A DNA stretch of 64,000 nt from NCBI GenBank assembly GCA_001643675.2, contig LSRY02000008.1:1426001-1490000 (forward strand), written 5' to 3'. The stretch comes from Monocercomonoides exilis PA203 (Eukaryota; Protista; Preaxostyla). Within the stretch, counting starts at the first letter, position 1, and every line of letters starts with the position of its first letter. Below are positions 13,025 to 24,793 of this stretch, one piece after another. The position numbers and the translations under genes are program-made. Below the pieces are notes generated by a model, which saw only the letters and a program-made list of their open reading frames with translations, did not search any database and had not been told where the DNA came from.

Positions 13025-14473
13025 TTAATGAAGAAGACGAAGAAGACGAGTCTGAAGGAGATGAAAAAAGAAGAGGAGAATAAAAAGCTGCGGAGCAGAG
13101 AATAAAGGCAAAACAGCATTCCTTCCAATCGCATTCTTCTTTTTTTCCTTTCCAACAGCAGAAATCTTCTTTGCCCCAATATCAATTGTTGTTGTCTCGC
13201 TTCGATGATCCCCTTCCATAAGCGTGACTGACAAGCTTATCTGTATTTCACACATCTCAAACGCCTTCTTCACTGTCAGACACGGATTTGATTCATTTGA
13301 CCCGCACAGCTCATATTCATCATTTCCATTCGCTGAGACATATATCGTCTTGTCCTTCAGCCAATCCTTTTTCGATATTTGATCATACACCCAATTAGTA
13401 CCATCATAGTGTTCATAAAACATTCTTCTATCATCAGCATTTGTAGTATAGCACTCGTTGAACGGATTTCCAGAATCCAAAAAATGTTTGTAATAATCTG
13501 TATATGCAATATCATGTCCCCGTGGAGAAGTGGCCGAACATTTGCATTCGTGAAAAAAAAGAAAATAACAATAATGTCCATCTTTTGGCGCTGTTGTAAT
13601 ACGTGGATCCACACTCAACCCTCCTCCATATGACGATGCATTGCATGAAATAAATTGAATGCTTCTAATCTTAACTTGAACAGGAATATTGTAACAACGC
13701 ATTCCTCCACCATACGAATTTGTGACTGAACATAAAGTGAAACTGCAATCAAACACACACGCACTCTCCCCTTCTCCATTTTCTGTTGGAATGCATCCTG
13801 GCCCTGAAACCTGAAAATTGTCGAGATAAAGTCCTCCTCCATATCCATTTGCTTTACAATCCTGGAATTCACATCCGCTGATCTGAACACATGTTGAAAT
13901 CACATAAATACACATCCCTCCTCCAGCACTTTTTTGAGCTGTGCATGAGTTGAATGAGTTGTTTTCAATCTCAACAGATTTGATTTTTGCACACATGACT
14001 CCTCCTCCATCACAATAAGCATTGCAATCATTGAATGAGCAGTGCTTAATTGAAATTATAGCATTTGATTGGCTGTGCATGCAAATAGCCCCTCCATTTG
14101 AAGCAATGTCTTCCCATGTATTTTCTGTTCCTGTCGTCTTCGATCCATTCCATTCACACCAAATGAATGAATTAGCTCCATTGGTTGTTGTGCTTTGTCT
14201 CACTGGCTTTAATGGTACCTCTGCAGTTCCATTGCATTCAACATTCCTTTTCCTGCAACATCCAACGAATGAGGTATTTGAGGCAGTCAGAGAGGCCAAG
14301 GGGTTGTTCAGAGAAGGAACAATTCCTCCATCATATGCATCACACACTAATGAAAATAAGCAGCTGTATATCAAACATGATGTTTGGGAAAATGTAGTTG
14401 CTGGAGATGAATATGCCTCATTTGCTGTTGAGATGTTGAAAAATGTGAGTTGTGAGAAGGAAATAAGGAGCAT
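13025..14473 (-). CDS. Beta-helix paralog C (degraded 5' region, truncated after IGAKKISAVG)
   Basis: 482-aa ORF with family motifs. The upstream SISVRES-like frame is interrupted. Confidence 0.7.
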   Translation of the reverse strand: MLLISFSQLTFFNISTANEAYSSPATTFSQTSCLIYSCLFSLVCDAYDGGIVPSLNNPLASLTASNTSFVGCCRKRNVECNGTAEVPLKPVRQSTTTNGANSFIWCEWNGSKTTGTENTWEDIASNGGAICMHSQSNAIISIKHCSFNDCNAYCDGGGVMCAKIKSVEIENNSFNSCTAQKSAGGGMCIYVISTCVQISGCEFQDCKANGYGGGLYLDNFQVSGPGCIPTENGEGESACVFDCSFTLCSVTNSYGGGMRCYNIPVQVKIRSIQFISCNASSYGGGLSVDPRITTAPKDGHYCYFLFFHECKCSATSPRGHDIAYTDYYKHFLDSGNPFNECYTTNADDRRMFYEHYDGTNWVYDQISKKDWLKDKTIYVSANGNDEYELCGSNESNPCLTVKKAFEMCEIQISLSVTLMEGDHRSETTTIDIGAKKISAVGKEKKKNAIGRNAVLPLFSAPQLFILLFFFHLLQTRLLRLLH

Positions 14474-16199
14474 CGAGGGAGTTGTAAGAAATGGAGCTTG
14501 ATTCTCTCACTGAAATACTCTTCCTTTTCCTTCAATCATTTGTCATATGCCTACCATGCCTCTCAGTAAGATATTCGTCAAGATTCAAATGAGCTTGAAT
14601 TCCCTTTTCCTGCCTCTTCTCCTGCTTCTGAAATGCGCATTCCCAAAAGAAAAGCGTCTTTTTCCTTCAGTTCCACCAAATTGAAACAAGAACATAATCT
14701 TCTTCGCCATTTGCTTTCCCTATTATCTCTTTTTTCTTCTATTGTCGTCTTCTGCCTTTTTTCCACATTCCATTCACATCCATTGCTCTTGACGACTCAT
14801 GCAAATGCACTTTTGTCATTTAAAAAATAACAGTAAAAATTCTGAAAAATAAAAAATAAACTGAAGAAATATTAAATTAAATATGGAAAAAAAAAGAAAG
14901 AAAATTGAAAGAATATTTGAAAATAAATTTGAAATAAAATATCAAAAATATGACTTTTGAGATATAATCCTTATACCTTTTTCTTCTCGAAACCTTCCGC
15001 TTCATTTTCCGCTTCTTCACTTCCCTTCTCTTCTCCTCATTCTTCTTCTCCTTCTCTTGTTCCCTCGTTTCTCTCGTCTCGGTCTCATAACCCTTCTTCT
15101 CTTCCTTGATCCTTTCAATCCATGTCTTCCTTCTCCCTCTTCTGCCTTCCTCTCAAATAAAACAAGGCACTTCCATCCCTCCTTTCCTCACCTTCTTCAA
15201 TCATGTAACTCACACAAAAAAGAACACTCATCCCGCCATTCCCTCTGCCTCAAGCACGGTCAACACAATACGCGGAAAAACAGCATGCCTTGAGTGCTGT
15301 GTGCTGCTCCATAGCCGTTGCGCTGCTTCGCTCATCCCCGGCGCTTCAAGCGCACATCCCATTTTCTGTCATGGCAATATCAGGAACGTCAGGGATATGC
15401 CCGTCCTTTTATCCCTTGGCTCTCTTCACGCATATTGCATGTGCTTGCCTCAATTCATCCCTCGTTGCTGCCAATGCTCGTCTGCTTCAAAAATGACAAA
15501 AACGAAGAAGAAGAAGAAGAAGAAGAAGAAGAAGAAGAAAAAGGCTGATCCACCTGTTGCAGTTGGCAGCAGATATGACAAAGTCGCTTTGTTGCCATCC
15601 CCCGCAACAACTGTAGCAAAACAGCCCAACCCTAAATCAGCAGCCGAACAGAGCCTCAAAAAATACTGAACTTTGCCAGCAGAAGTCGAAATACCGTTGA
15701 TGGAGACGGGGCAGAAGATAATTCCCAACTCAAATTGCTGTATAACTGCCCATGACAACGAAACGCCAAGCTTTAGACTCGTCCTTGCAGCAGCTCGGAG
15801 AAGGTTAAAGAACGGTAACAGCTGCAGGATACTTCACTTGTCTTGCCATTCTTGCAGGAACACAGGCCAAGACTGATGCTTTTGTCACAAATTATTCTTT
15901 TTCATTTAAGCACGAATTTTTGGAAAGTCTTGCTTCTCTGCGCATATTCCACAAAACACACATGCATCTTTCCAACGGCAGCAGCAGCTGTTTTACTCCC
16001 ATTGATGTCCCTGATCTCCACTCTCATCGCTTGCATTGTTTTCTAAGTTTTTATTCGCAAGAAATGTCCTTCCCTCGATATTGCCTTCCACTTTCCTTGC
16101 CAAAAAATACCCCAAACTGCTCCATTGCCTTATGCTCCCAAATGCTATATAATTTTGTGCAGATTTTGTTCTTCACAGAATTCCTTCTTGTTATCTTCA

Positions 16200-16600
16200 T
16201 TTTATAATATAACAGTCGAATTTGTTTTCATCTCCTGTTCCAAATAAAAAATCATGTATCTTGCGTAACTTCATTTATTTCCCAATGCCTATATAATAAT
16301 CTGCTCCGTTCTCATCGTGTTGCTCCACAAAGCGGGGATTGGCCATTTCAACAATAACTCATATTCCTGCACTTTGGAGAGGATACAGACGGAAATATCT
16401 TCACAACATATAGAACAATGAAAATTACATTCATTATGTCTTTTTGTGTTATTGATAAAATTGTTGTGTTCCCCTTGGCCATCCAGTTGACAAAAATCAT
16501 CAGACAGAATTCCAAAAATATTGCTTCTCCACCATTGTCTGTTATCTCCACAGGAAATAATATTCTTAGTTCTGCAGGTTATGTTCACTCACGGATTTCT
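16200..16600 (-). pseudogene. Degenerate coding-like block homologous to ~28150-28550 and ~41560-41950
   Basis: cactttggagaggatac..gaaatatcttcacaa occurs at 16370 and 41745, with flanking similarity. Both give broken CEDIS(V/I)xILSKV-type peptides. Function unknown. Confidence 0.5.
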
Positions 16601-16999
16601 CATTCTGTGAATGGAATATTCCGTTTTTTCAAATCTGATGATCATAGAATCCATAACAAAAAAGACTCAAGTTACAAACCGTTGTTTTTCTTCCTGGATG
16701 CAAGCCAAAAAATACCAACAGTAAATAGGATGGCGCGAGCACAGCTATTTTCGTGACTGCACAACATTGTATTTATTTGCCTGTTTCTTCTGTTCAGGCG
16801 TGGGCTCGTTCAATGTGAATTATGAAATAGAGTTGCTTTCTGGCTGCAATTACTTTCCAAAAATGCAGGCTGCACATTGCACAAATAGATGTTTATGGTC
16901 TGCAGATATTATTTTAATGGACTTTTTGTCAATTTCATTTCTTTTTTTTTTTTTCTTTGATTGTTTTTTTGTTGAATAATTGTTTTTTGGGCTTGAAGA

Positions 17000-18252
17000 T
17001 TTCGCGGAGGATGGGCAGAAACAGAAAACCCCTTGAATATTATAGAGTGGATGAACGAAGATGGATTTCAATCAGTTTTCGAGGCAGAGCTGCTCAATAG
17101 AATGCAGAAAAAGATTAAAGAAAGGAAAATATTCACCAGAAAATTCAATGTTGATATTGAAGGTTGGTGGATGTAATAAAATAATGAAGAGGATCCTTAA
17201 TCGTCGCTTTCATTTTTTCTGAGTTGAACAGAAAAGTTGATAGGAATGGTTGCTGATGAAACTGAGGAGAAAGAAGAGAAAGAGGGAAAAGCAGGTGACT
17301 GATCTTTGCGAATGCCGTGTTTCTCTGAGTCAAAACTACCAGCCTGGATTGCTTTCGATTTGTGTGTCTTGCCTTGCGAAAGCTTTTCCGAAGAGAGAGG
17401 ACTATGAGGAGATACAAACAGAAGTGGATATGGCTTTGCTGAGTTTGAGGTGTGTCAATGACATTCGGGTTTGAAACATTTTTTTGATTGTTATTTTTGT
17501 TATTTTTCAGAAAATAGAGATAATATGGAATAGACGACAGAAAGAGAAGGATCTCTGAAGGAGCTGGCGGAAATCATGGAGTATCATCCAGAGCTCAACA
17601 ATCTGGCTGGGCTTGTGAGTTTCGATCAGCTTGGGAGTTTTTGATTAGCCATATTTATCTGCGAAGGATCATTGGAAACAGTCACCGCGAATGAGCCCGA
17701 TTTTTGGAAGGAGGCAGCAAAGGAATTGGAAGTGAGAGAGAGAGAGAGAAGAAGAAAGAAGATAATGAGAAAAAGAGATTCTTTTGAAGAGATGGCTGCG
17801 AGCATTGGAGTCTTTCTTGTGCTCATGCGCGTTGTGGAGCAAAGAATATTCAGGGCCTATCAACAGGGTTGCTGGGGCAATTTGAGCAGCGAAGGATAAC
17901 AAGAGAGGAATGGGGAAGGAATGGATTTGTTTTATTCTATGGAGCAACGGATGGCAAATTGATAGAAGTTGAAGGGTTATTGAAAGACAGAGCCATCGAT
18001 GGCATTTTGGAAGAGATCGCTCGATCAGAAGTTGGATGCACTCAGATTGAGGTTTGTTTATCGTTTTTTCAGAGAACTTTGCCAGCAGACTGGAGAACAA
18101 GAAGGGAAGGGAAAAGAAAGCGAAGAGGCAAAAAAGGAATAAGAGATGAAGAGAGAAGCGTGGTGGAGCAGGAGGAGGAAGAAGGGAATGAAGAGTCTGC
18201 TCTGTGTCTCATTCATCATGATTTGGAGTTTTCCTCTATTATAAGGCAGTAA
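17000..18252 (+). pseudogene. Frameshifted remnant of an expanded lineage-specific helical hypothetical-protein family
   Basis: Fragments lie in different frames: EKQVTDLCEC...LLSICVSCLAK...EEIQTEVDMALLSL, LKELAEIMEYH, SAWEFLI, LETVTANE..EAAKELE, LLKDRAIDGILEEI, EEEGNEE. They resemble, from memory, the large Monocercomonoides hypothetical family. Confidence 0.55.
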
Positions 18253-20100
18253 TTATCATTGCATCTATTATTGTCAAAATTGCTTATCAAACGAAGCTCC
18301 ATGCACTTCACTTTCATCGTTTTTGCAGGCTTTGCAACATTTCTCTTTTAAGGCAAAACAAAAAAAGCACAATCGCAATTGCTCCTTTTTGTTGATTTCA
18401 TTCATCTTTGTTATTTTCCATTTTTTTCAATTTATTTACTTGTTCAGCGTGCTTGGAGTTGTCTGGCTTGCTCAAAGGCAAACAGCATCCGTTGAGAAGC
18501 ATTCTGTGTTGGACAAATCCCATTTCGCTTCCATGCAAAAAGAGACAGAAACGGTTTTCACAGGGGCAATTGCAGTATTGATACCAATGAACAAACAACA
18601 AATAAAGGAACAAGCAATAGGAAAAGGGAAAAAAGAAAAAGGGCAGACCAACAAGCGAGGAAGAAAGGATGAAACAAAGAGAAAGAAATGCAGAAGATCT
18701 TCTTTTAAACACTAAAATGGAGTGTTTCGAGAAAATTCAAAAAGCCATCAAAATGAAGTGAAGCAAAAATAAAAAAATAAAAATAAAAATATATAATAAA
18801 AAAATTTAAAAAATCAAATCATATAAAAAATGCTCTTCCCAACAAAGAAAACTGAAAGAAATTGGTAAATAAATCAATTTAAATTGTTTAACAAAGTCAT
18901 TTTTAAAAAATAATATGGAAAAAAAACAAATATAAAAAAGATAAAAAACAATCGCAATTCTCATTCAAATATTCATTAAAAATCTTCTTTTTTATTTTTT
19001 TTTAATTTCTTTCTTTGTGTCGCGGATGAAGATGAAGTCGAAGAAGATAATGATGTTGTTGTTGTTGTTGTTGAAAATGGTCAAAGTGTACATTCGTCTT
19101 GATATCACCTGAACCAAATGAGCAGAAAACCAAAAGACCAGTCCACAATGCGAATGTGCTCCAATCGCATTTATCGCCTCTTTTCTCCCCTCGAACGCAA
19201 TATGCGTCTCATCTTTCACTCGCCCCATTCACTTCCCCCCAATAAAGAAATGCAATTTCATTCCCCTTCAATTCTCCATACACTGGCCTCAATCAGAAAG
19301 AAAATTCATCTGAAACGTTTCAATAACTGACTCATGCGTCTTCGCTGAATGACTCTCGTTCACCACCTTCTCGCCCTTTGACATTCGCTTTTCGCAATCC
19401 AACTTCAAATACACCTATTTTCCTCTCTTCTCCCTTCTCGGCCACTTTTGCCCACAAGATCCCCCAATATTTCTCTTCCTCCTCCTTCTCTCACATAATG
19501 CAAGCCAGTACTTATGGCAACCTCACCCACTCGCCTAATGCAATTCAGTAAATGCACTTTGGTTGCTGCATAAACAATACTCCAGGCTGTCAGGCGCAGA
19601 ACTCAACAATTTGTCAAAACAACAATTCTCCAACCCTGAATGCGTTGAGGATGGACAGGATAACAGATATTAATGAAAGCACATATCTTAGGTAGTTCAT
19701 GAAATAATCAAGTATTGCCTATCCAAAAAATAAAAAAAGGCAAGCCAACATTTCGATAAATCTCATCCAATAAACAAACATAACCAGAAAATGTTCCGTA
19801 AAGATGATGGTAAAATGGAATGCATCACTTATGCATCGAGAAAGATGTGCAAGCAAAGGCTCCAACAGATATCACATCCCGAAAAATCACAATTTCTGTT
19901 TTTATTGGTGGTATTGCAAACTGCATAATGATCAATTTTTGATTAAAATTTTCATCAAAATTTTGCGAATCATTCAAATATCTTTGAATATATTTATTTT
20001 AAAAAACAATTATTGTTTGTTTAAATTTATTCAACTTGCAGATTTTTATTTTTAATTAATTTTTTTTTGTTGGTTCTATTTGAGCTTTGTTTCCTGAAAA

Positions 20101-20318
20101 ATATGTGTGTCTTTCTTTTTGAAATCAAACTTTCGTTGGAGTTTTGATCAAAATAAAAATCTCAATGGGATTTTGAAAAATTATTTTTTAACTGATAATA
20201 CATATTGTTTATGATGTTGTTATTGCACAAACAAAATTTTAACAAAAATCCCATTGAGATAAAATTTTTGATCAAAACTTGAACGAAAGAATGATTTCAA
20301 AAAGGATCATCCATATAT
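20101..20318. other. Imperfect fold-back (~75-bp stem) straddling the left outer end of P2
   Basis: ctttttgaaatcaaactttcgttggagttttgatcaaaa...ctcaatgggatttt pairs with aaaatcccattgag...ttttgatcaaaacttgaacgaaagaatgatttcaaaaagg. Confidence 0.85.
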
Positions 20319-20710
20319 TCTTAATTATTTCATTTTATATTTGTATATTGATGATTAAAAAAACTTTAAAAATATTTATTTATATTGCAATTATCAATAT
20401 ATATATCACATCTTTATTTTCAAATTTCAAAAGCAAAAGGAATTCAAAAAACACTCAGGGAACAATGGGTTTTGTATTTTTTCTTTTTTATTATTTGAGT
20501 TTTTATTGAGCTTTATAACACCTCAATATGAAATAAAAAAAAATCACTCAATTTTAAAATGAATGTTCTCATTCTTAAGAATTTAATACTTATTGAGGTG
20601 AAAAATATAAAATGTTTTCCATTTCGACATATATTAAAAAATCAATGATTGAGAAAAAATCAATAATCAACACATACCATATATATATTCATAACTTGAA
20701 AAAAAATTTT

Positions 20711-20945
20711 AAAAATTTTTTTGCAAAGTTCCTTTTGTTTAATTTTAAAATAAAATAAAAATTTCATATTTCGATCAAATTTCAGTTCTCATGCACGAAA
20801 CTTCATAAAAATTTAAAAAGAATTTTGACAATGTTATTACTTCCATTTAAGTGAAGTTTCGTGTTTGAGAACCGAAATTTGATCGAAATATGAAAATTTT
20901 ATTTTATTTTAAAATTAAACAAAAGGAACTTTTCAAAAAAATTTT
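20711..20945. other. ~230-bp fold-back element H (near-perfect ~94-bp stem, 46-nt loop)
   Basis: 20711-20805 is the near-perfect reverse complement of 20852-20945; homologous to the P1 centre. Confidence 0.9.
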
Positions 20946-21765
20946 GACATTTATTTCAGAAATCAATTTGATAACTTATCAAACAAAAGAAAAGTTGTTG
21001 ATAAGAAACTTTTAATTTCAAAAACAATGTATATTTTTTTTTTGAAAAGAAATTGATTTGAGGTTTTGTCTTTTGTCTTGGATTATTTTTCATGATAATT
21101 TGTGATATCCAACACGATTAAGTTTTCTTCAAAAAATAATTGTTAGCTTTGAAATGAGAAAATGTTTAATAGAAATGGTTAACAATGATGTGAAAAGTTA
21201 TTAGTTCAGAAATGCAAAATTATTAAATTATTCGATTATTTGGATAAGAAAATATCACCTTTACAACAAATTCGGAAGACATATGGAACTTTAAGCTTTT
21301 TCATTGAAATATTATGCACTTTTTATTGACTTTTTGTTATCAATAAATATGAATGAAATGAGATCGTTTTTAAAAACACGAATGATGTCACAAAACATTA
21401 TGTAATCATATCAATGATACAAGTTCCCACATCTGAAAAACGAATTCATTTTTAAGTCTGAAAAAGAATTATAAAGAAATGAGATAAACAATTTATTAGT
21501 GCCTTGCGCATAAAAAAACATGAAAGCAAGTAAAATCTCACCATACGGTATGTTATGACATTTAAGCTAAAACCTTCCAAAATCAAACACTCATTAATAG
21601 ACGATTAGTTTGTTATTGAAAAATAAAATTTTTTAATAAACAAAGACATCTTGGAAAGAAAAATATTATGAAAAAAAATTCACTAAAAATACATTATATT
21701 AAACAAACATTACTTGCAATTTTTTATTGGTTTCGATTTTTCATTTAAGCAGTGACCAGCTCTAC

Positions 21766-21768
<3 letters not shown>

Positions 21769-21805
<37 letters not shown>
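21769..21805 (+). repeat. Poly-A tract (~37 nt; mirror poly-T ~29 nt at 48312-48340)
   Basis: Seen directly. Confidence 0.9.
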
Positions 21806-21807
<2 letters not shown>

Positions 21808-21997
21808 TAAAAACAAAAAATTGTATTCTTCATTTCAAGAATGCATTGTTTCAAATCTTCCCTTTATCACCTTGGTTATTGAAAACCGATTGTATTCTAC
21901 AAAAAGAAAAAGATTTCCCAACATTTTCAAAAAGATTATTTAAAAAGTTAAAAATAACATATTTATTGTTAATAATACCGTGACTTAAAAACATTAG

Positions 21998-22019
21998 TTA
22001 AAGTTTTATAAAACTTTAA
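21998..22019. other. Perfect 22-bp palindrome ttaaagttttataaaactttaa
   Basis: Self-reverse-complementary; lies about 60 bp before the abrupt start of paralog D homology. Confidence 0.85.
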
Positions 22020-22093
22020 TACTTTATTTCTGAAAGTGTTCCGTGAATGTTGTTGTTAAAGAATAATTATTTGTACTTAGTGGGAGCATTGGA

Positions 22094-24271
22094 GTGTTGA
22101 CAAACATCACATTGAAGGGGTGGGGAAGAGGGGGAGAGATTTATTCAGGCAGGCTGTTTGGAGGGAAGGGATATGGAGGGGAGAAGGGTGGAAGTGAAGA
22201 AAAAGGAGGAGAAGGAGGAGAAATGGGAAGAGATAGAGGAAGAGAAGGAGATGGATATGGAGAAGGCATTGAAGGGAGCATTTCGGTGAGTGAATCTCAC
22301 TTCTCTTCTTTTTGTGTTTCATCAGCCCCATTCCTCTCGTCGCCTTCAATACCCCTTATATCCCTCTCTCAACTGACATTTTTCAACATTTCAACAGCAA
22401 ATGATGCATGTTCACCTCCAACAACTACGTCAACCCAAACATCAAGTATGATGAACAGTTGTTCATTCTCATCAGTTTGTGACATTTATGATGGTGGGAT
22501 TGTCCCTTCTCTGAACAACCCCTTTGCCTCTCTGATAGCCTCAAACACCTCGTTTGTTGGGTGTTGTCGAACAAGAAATGTTGATTGCATTGGAGAAAAA
22601 AACGATAAGTTGGCTCCAGGGAGGCAAAACACAACGGAAAATGGAGCGAATACATTTGTTTGGTGTGAGTGGAGTGGATCGAGAACAACAGGAGAAAGTG
22701 ACTCGTATACTGATGGAATATCGAGCGGAGGAGCCATCTGCATGTATAATCTCAATTCTGGAGAGCTCTCTGTTTCGAATTGTCTGTTTAATAACTGTTT
22801 TGCATTCAGTCGCGGAGGTGGAATTATGTGCAATACAATAAAGTCTGTACATATCGAAAACGATGTGTTCAATGAGTGTACAGCACAAAACCATTACGGA
22901 GGAGGATTATATGTTGTAACGATTTCAACATGTGTACGAATCAGCGGATGTGAATTCCAGAATTGTAAAGCATATAGCACCGGAGGAGGACTTTATCTGG
23001 AAAATTTTAATGCTACAGGAGCAGGATGCATTGGAAATGAAAATGAAGGTGGGGAGAGTGCGTGCGTATTTGACTGCAGTTTCACTTCATGCTCAATTAC
23101 AAACACATGGGGTGGGGGAATGCTTTGTAAAAATGTTCCTGCGACACAATTTAAAATGAGGAGCATTCAGTTTATTTCATGCTCAGCAGCTTCTCATGGT
23201 GGAGGGTTGTGTTTTGCTCCGTGGCGAGATGTGTTGCCAAGTGACAAACTGTATTGCTTTTTCCTTTTCTTTCACAACTGCAGTTGCTCAAGTGATTCTG
23301 ATCCGTCGTATGGAGCTGACCTGTACTATGAAGATTATTACAGTCTCTATTTGAACTCAGATTGTCCGTTCAAAGAATGCTACACAACGAATACAGATGA
23401 GAAGAGAATGTGTTATGCATACAATGCATCAAACTCAGAAAGTTGGACATATCAGCACACTGAAAAGAAGGAGTGGCTGAAGGGTTGGACAAAGGTTCTG
23501 TTTGTGGGGGTAAATGGAAAGGACTCGAGTGGGCTGTGTGGAATGGGCGAGTCGGCTCCATGCCAGACGGTGGGACATGCAGTGGAGACGGGCTTGGAAG
23601 AGCTGAGCTCATCAGTCACGCTGCTGGATGGGAATCATCAAAGCGAGACAACAACAATTGATATTGGATCAAAGAAGATTTCAGTCATTGGGAAGGGAAG
23701 GGAAACATGTTTGATTGGAGCAGGGGCACTTTCATCATCATCAGGAGAGCTGTTCATTGTATCGACAGGTCATCTGGGAATGAGTCATTTGAAGGTTGAC
23801 TGCAACTCAATAGCAGAAACTTCTCCGAGTGTGGTTGTGGTAACTGATGGGAATGGGTCACTCTCGTTGGATGACGTTGCAATATCAACTTCATCTTCTT
23901 CGCGTTCTCATCAATTTCTATTTCCCTTTCTTCTTTTTCTTTCCTCTAACTTTTTTTCAACATTTCCTCAAAACAATATTTCCAAATTAACCTTTCTTTT
24001 CCTCTTATCCTCCTTCTTTCATTCATTCCCCTTCGTCAAATTTTCTCTTTCGATCAAATTTTTTTATAAGCACCTTCTTCTTTTTCATTCTTCTTTTTCA
24101 TTCTTCTTTTTCATTCTTCTTTTTCATTCTTCTTTTTCATTCTTCTTTTTCATTCTTCTTTTTCTCTTCTCAAATTATTCTCAGACGCATTCTTTTGTCG
24201 CATCATCAATTTCTCGCTCTTTCTTTTTGCTTTTAACAAGATTCGCGGAATATGCCCTCCTAAACCTTTAA
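22094..24271 (+). CDS. Beta-helix paralog D (longest; G/E-rich linker upstream; 5'- and 3'-truncated)
   Basis: 725-aa ORF called from GTG with no upstream ATG or signal peptide. Family homology extends to SLSLDDVAISTS and then runs into T/C-rich low complexity. Confidence 0.7.
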   Translation: MLTNITLKGWGRGGEIYSGRLFGGKGYGGEKGGSEEKGGEGGEMGRDRGREGDGYGEGIEGSISVSESHFSSFCVSSAPFLSSPSIPLISLSQLTFFNISTANDACSPPTTTSTQTSSMMNSCSFSSVCDIYDGGIVPSLNNPFASLIASNTSFVGCCRTRNVDCIGEKNDKLAPGRQNTTENGANTFVWCEWSGSRTTGESDSYTDGISSGGAICMYNLNSGELSVSNCLFNNCFAFSRGGGIMCNTIKSVHIENDVFNECTAQNHYGGGLYVVTISTCVRISGCEFQNCKAYSTGGGLYLENFNATGAGCIGNENEGGESACVFDCSFTSCSITNTWGGGMLCKNVPATQFKMRSIQFISCSAASHGGGLCFAPWRDVLPSDKLYCFFLFFHNCSCSSDSDPSYGADLYYEDYYSLYLNSDCPFKECYTTNTDEKRMCYAYNASNSESWTYQHTEKKEWLKGWTKVLFVGVNGKDSSGLCGMGESAPCQTVGHAVETGLEELSSSVTLLDGNHQSETTTIDIGSKKISVIGKGRETCLIGAGALSSSSGELFIVSTGHLGMSHLKVDCNSIAETSPSVVVVTDGNGSLSLDDVAISTSSSSRSHQFLFPFLLFLSSNFFSTFPQNNISKLTFLFLLSSFFHSFPFVKFSLSIKFFYKHLLLFHSSFSFFFFILLFHSSFSFFFFILLFLFSNYSQTHSFVASSISRSFFLLLTRFAEYALLNL
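24081..24158 (+). repeat. 13-bp minisatellite (tttttcattcttc)x6; 7 units in the mirror arm (~45946-46036)
   Basis: Counted directly. Explains the 13-bp shift in mirror coordinates and the different ORF tails (725 vs 745 aa). Confidence 0.85.
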
Positions 24272-24793
24272 AAAATATCTTCTTTTCTATTCATTTATTT
24301 CTTCGCTCATTCCTCTAAACCCTAATCATTTGCCGCCTTCTCTCATCTTTCCGCACTCCATATGCTTGCATTTGCATCGAATATAACAGCAAATATTATA
24401 ACACTTGGAAAAAAAATTATCATTCATTATGTTTAAAAAATTGTTACGCTTCATAAATATATTCTTCTTCCTCTTCTTCTTCTTCTTCCTCCTCCTCCTC
24501 CTCCTCCTCTTCTTCTTCTTCATCTTCATCTTCTTTTCCTTCTTCTTCTTTTCCTTCTTTTGTTTATTCATCATCATCATCATCATCATCATCTTCTTCT
24601 TCTTCTTGCATCTCTTAAAGCACTTTTCCTTTCTGCTCGCAAAACCCATCTGACCTATTTCCGCTGTCTATCTCATTTCTAACATAATTCCTTTTCTTCC
24701 GCTTCCAAAAATCTCCCATTTCCGATCCGAGATTATGCTTTCAGCTGAATAACTCCAACAGATAAAAATCTTAAAAACAGGCAATAATAGTGA

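Larger units (their letters stand above)
1..13183. repeat. Giant palindrome P1 (left arm runs off the window start; arms 1-6577 and 6680-13183; 102-bp spacer 6578-6679)
   Basis: Position 1 (gatattggggcaaag) is the reverse complement of the sequence ending at 13183. Mirror ORFs pair up (6273..6473+ with 6784..6984-; 3389..5113+ with 8069..9792-). Differences are mostly homopolymer lengths, plus a ~56-bp deletion near 7494 and a substitution at 6356/6901. Confidence 0.97.

Noticed and set aside
15057-16200. 187-aa Cys-containing ORF and neighbours as a real gene
   Set aside because: Non-ATG start, fragmented frames and no recognisable domain; probably decayed coding sequence that I cannot assign.
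21769-21805. Poly-A as a retroposon tail
   Set aside because: No TSD or recognisable element upstream, and long A/T runs are common here.
24081-24158. CRISPR-like array
   Set aside because: Pure tandem 13-mers without spacers, in a eukaryotic context.
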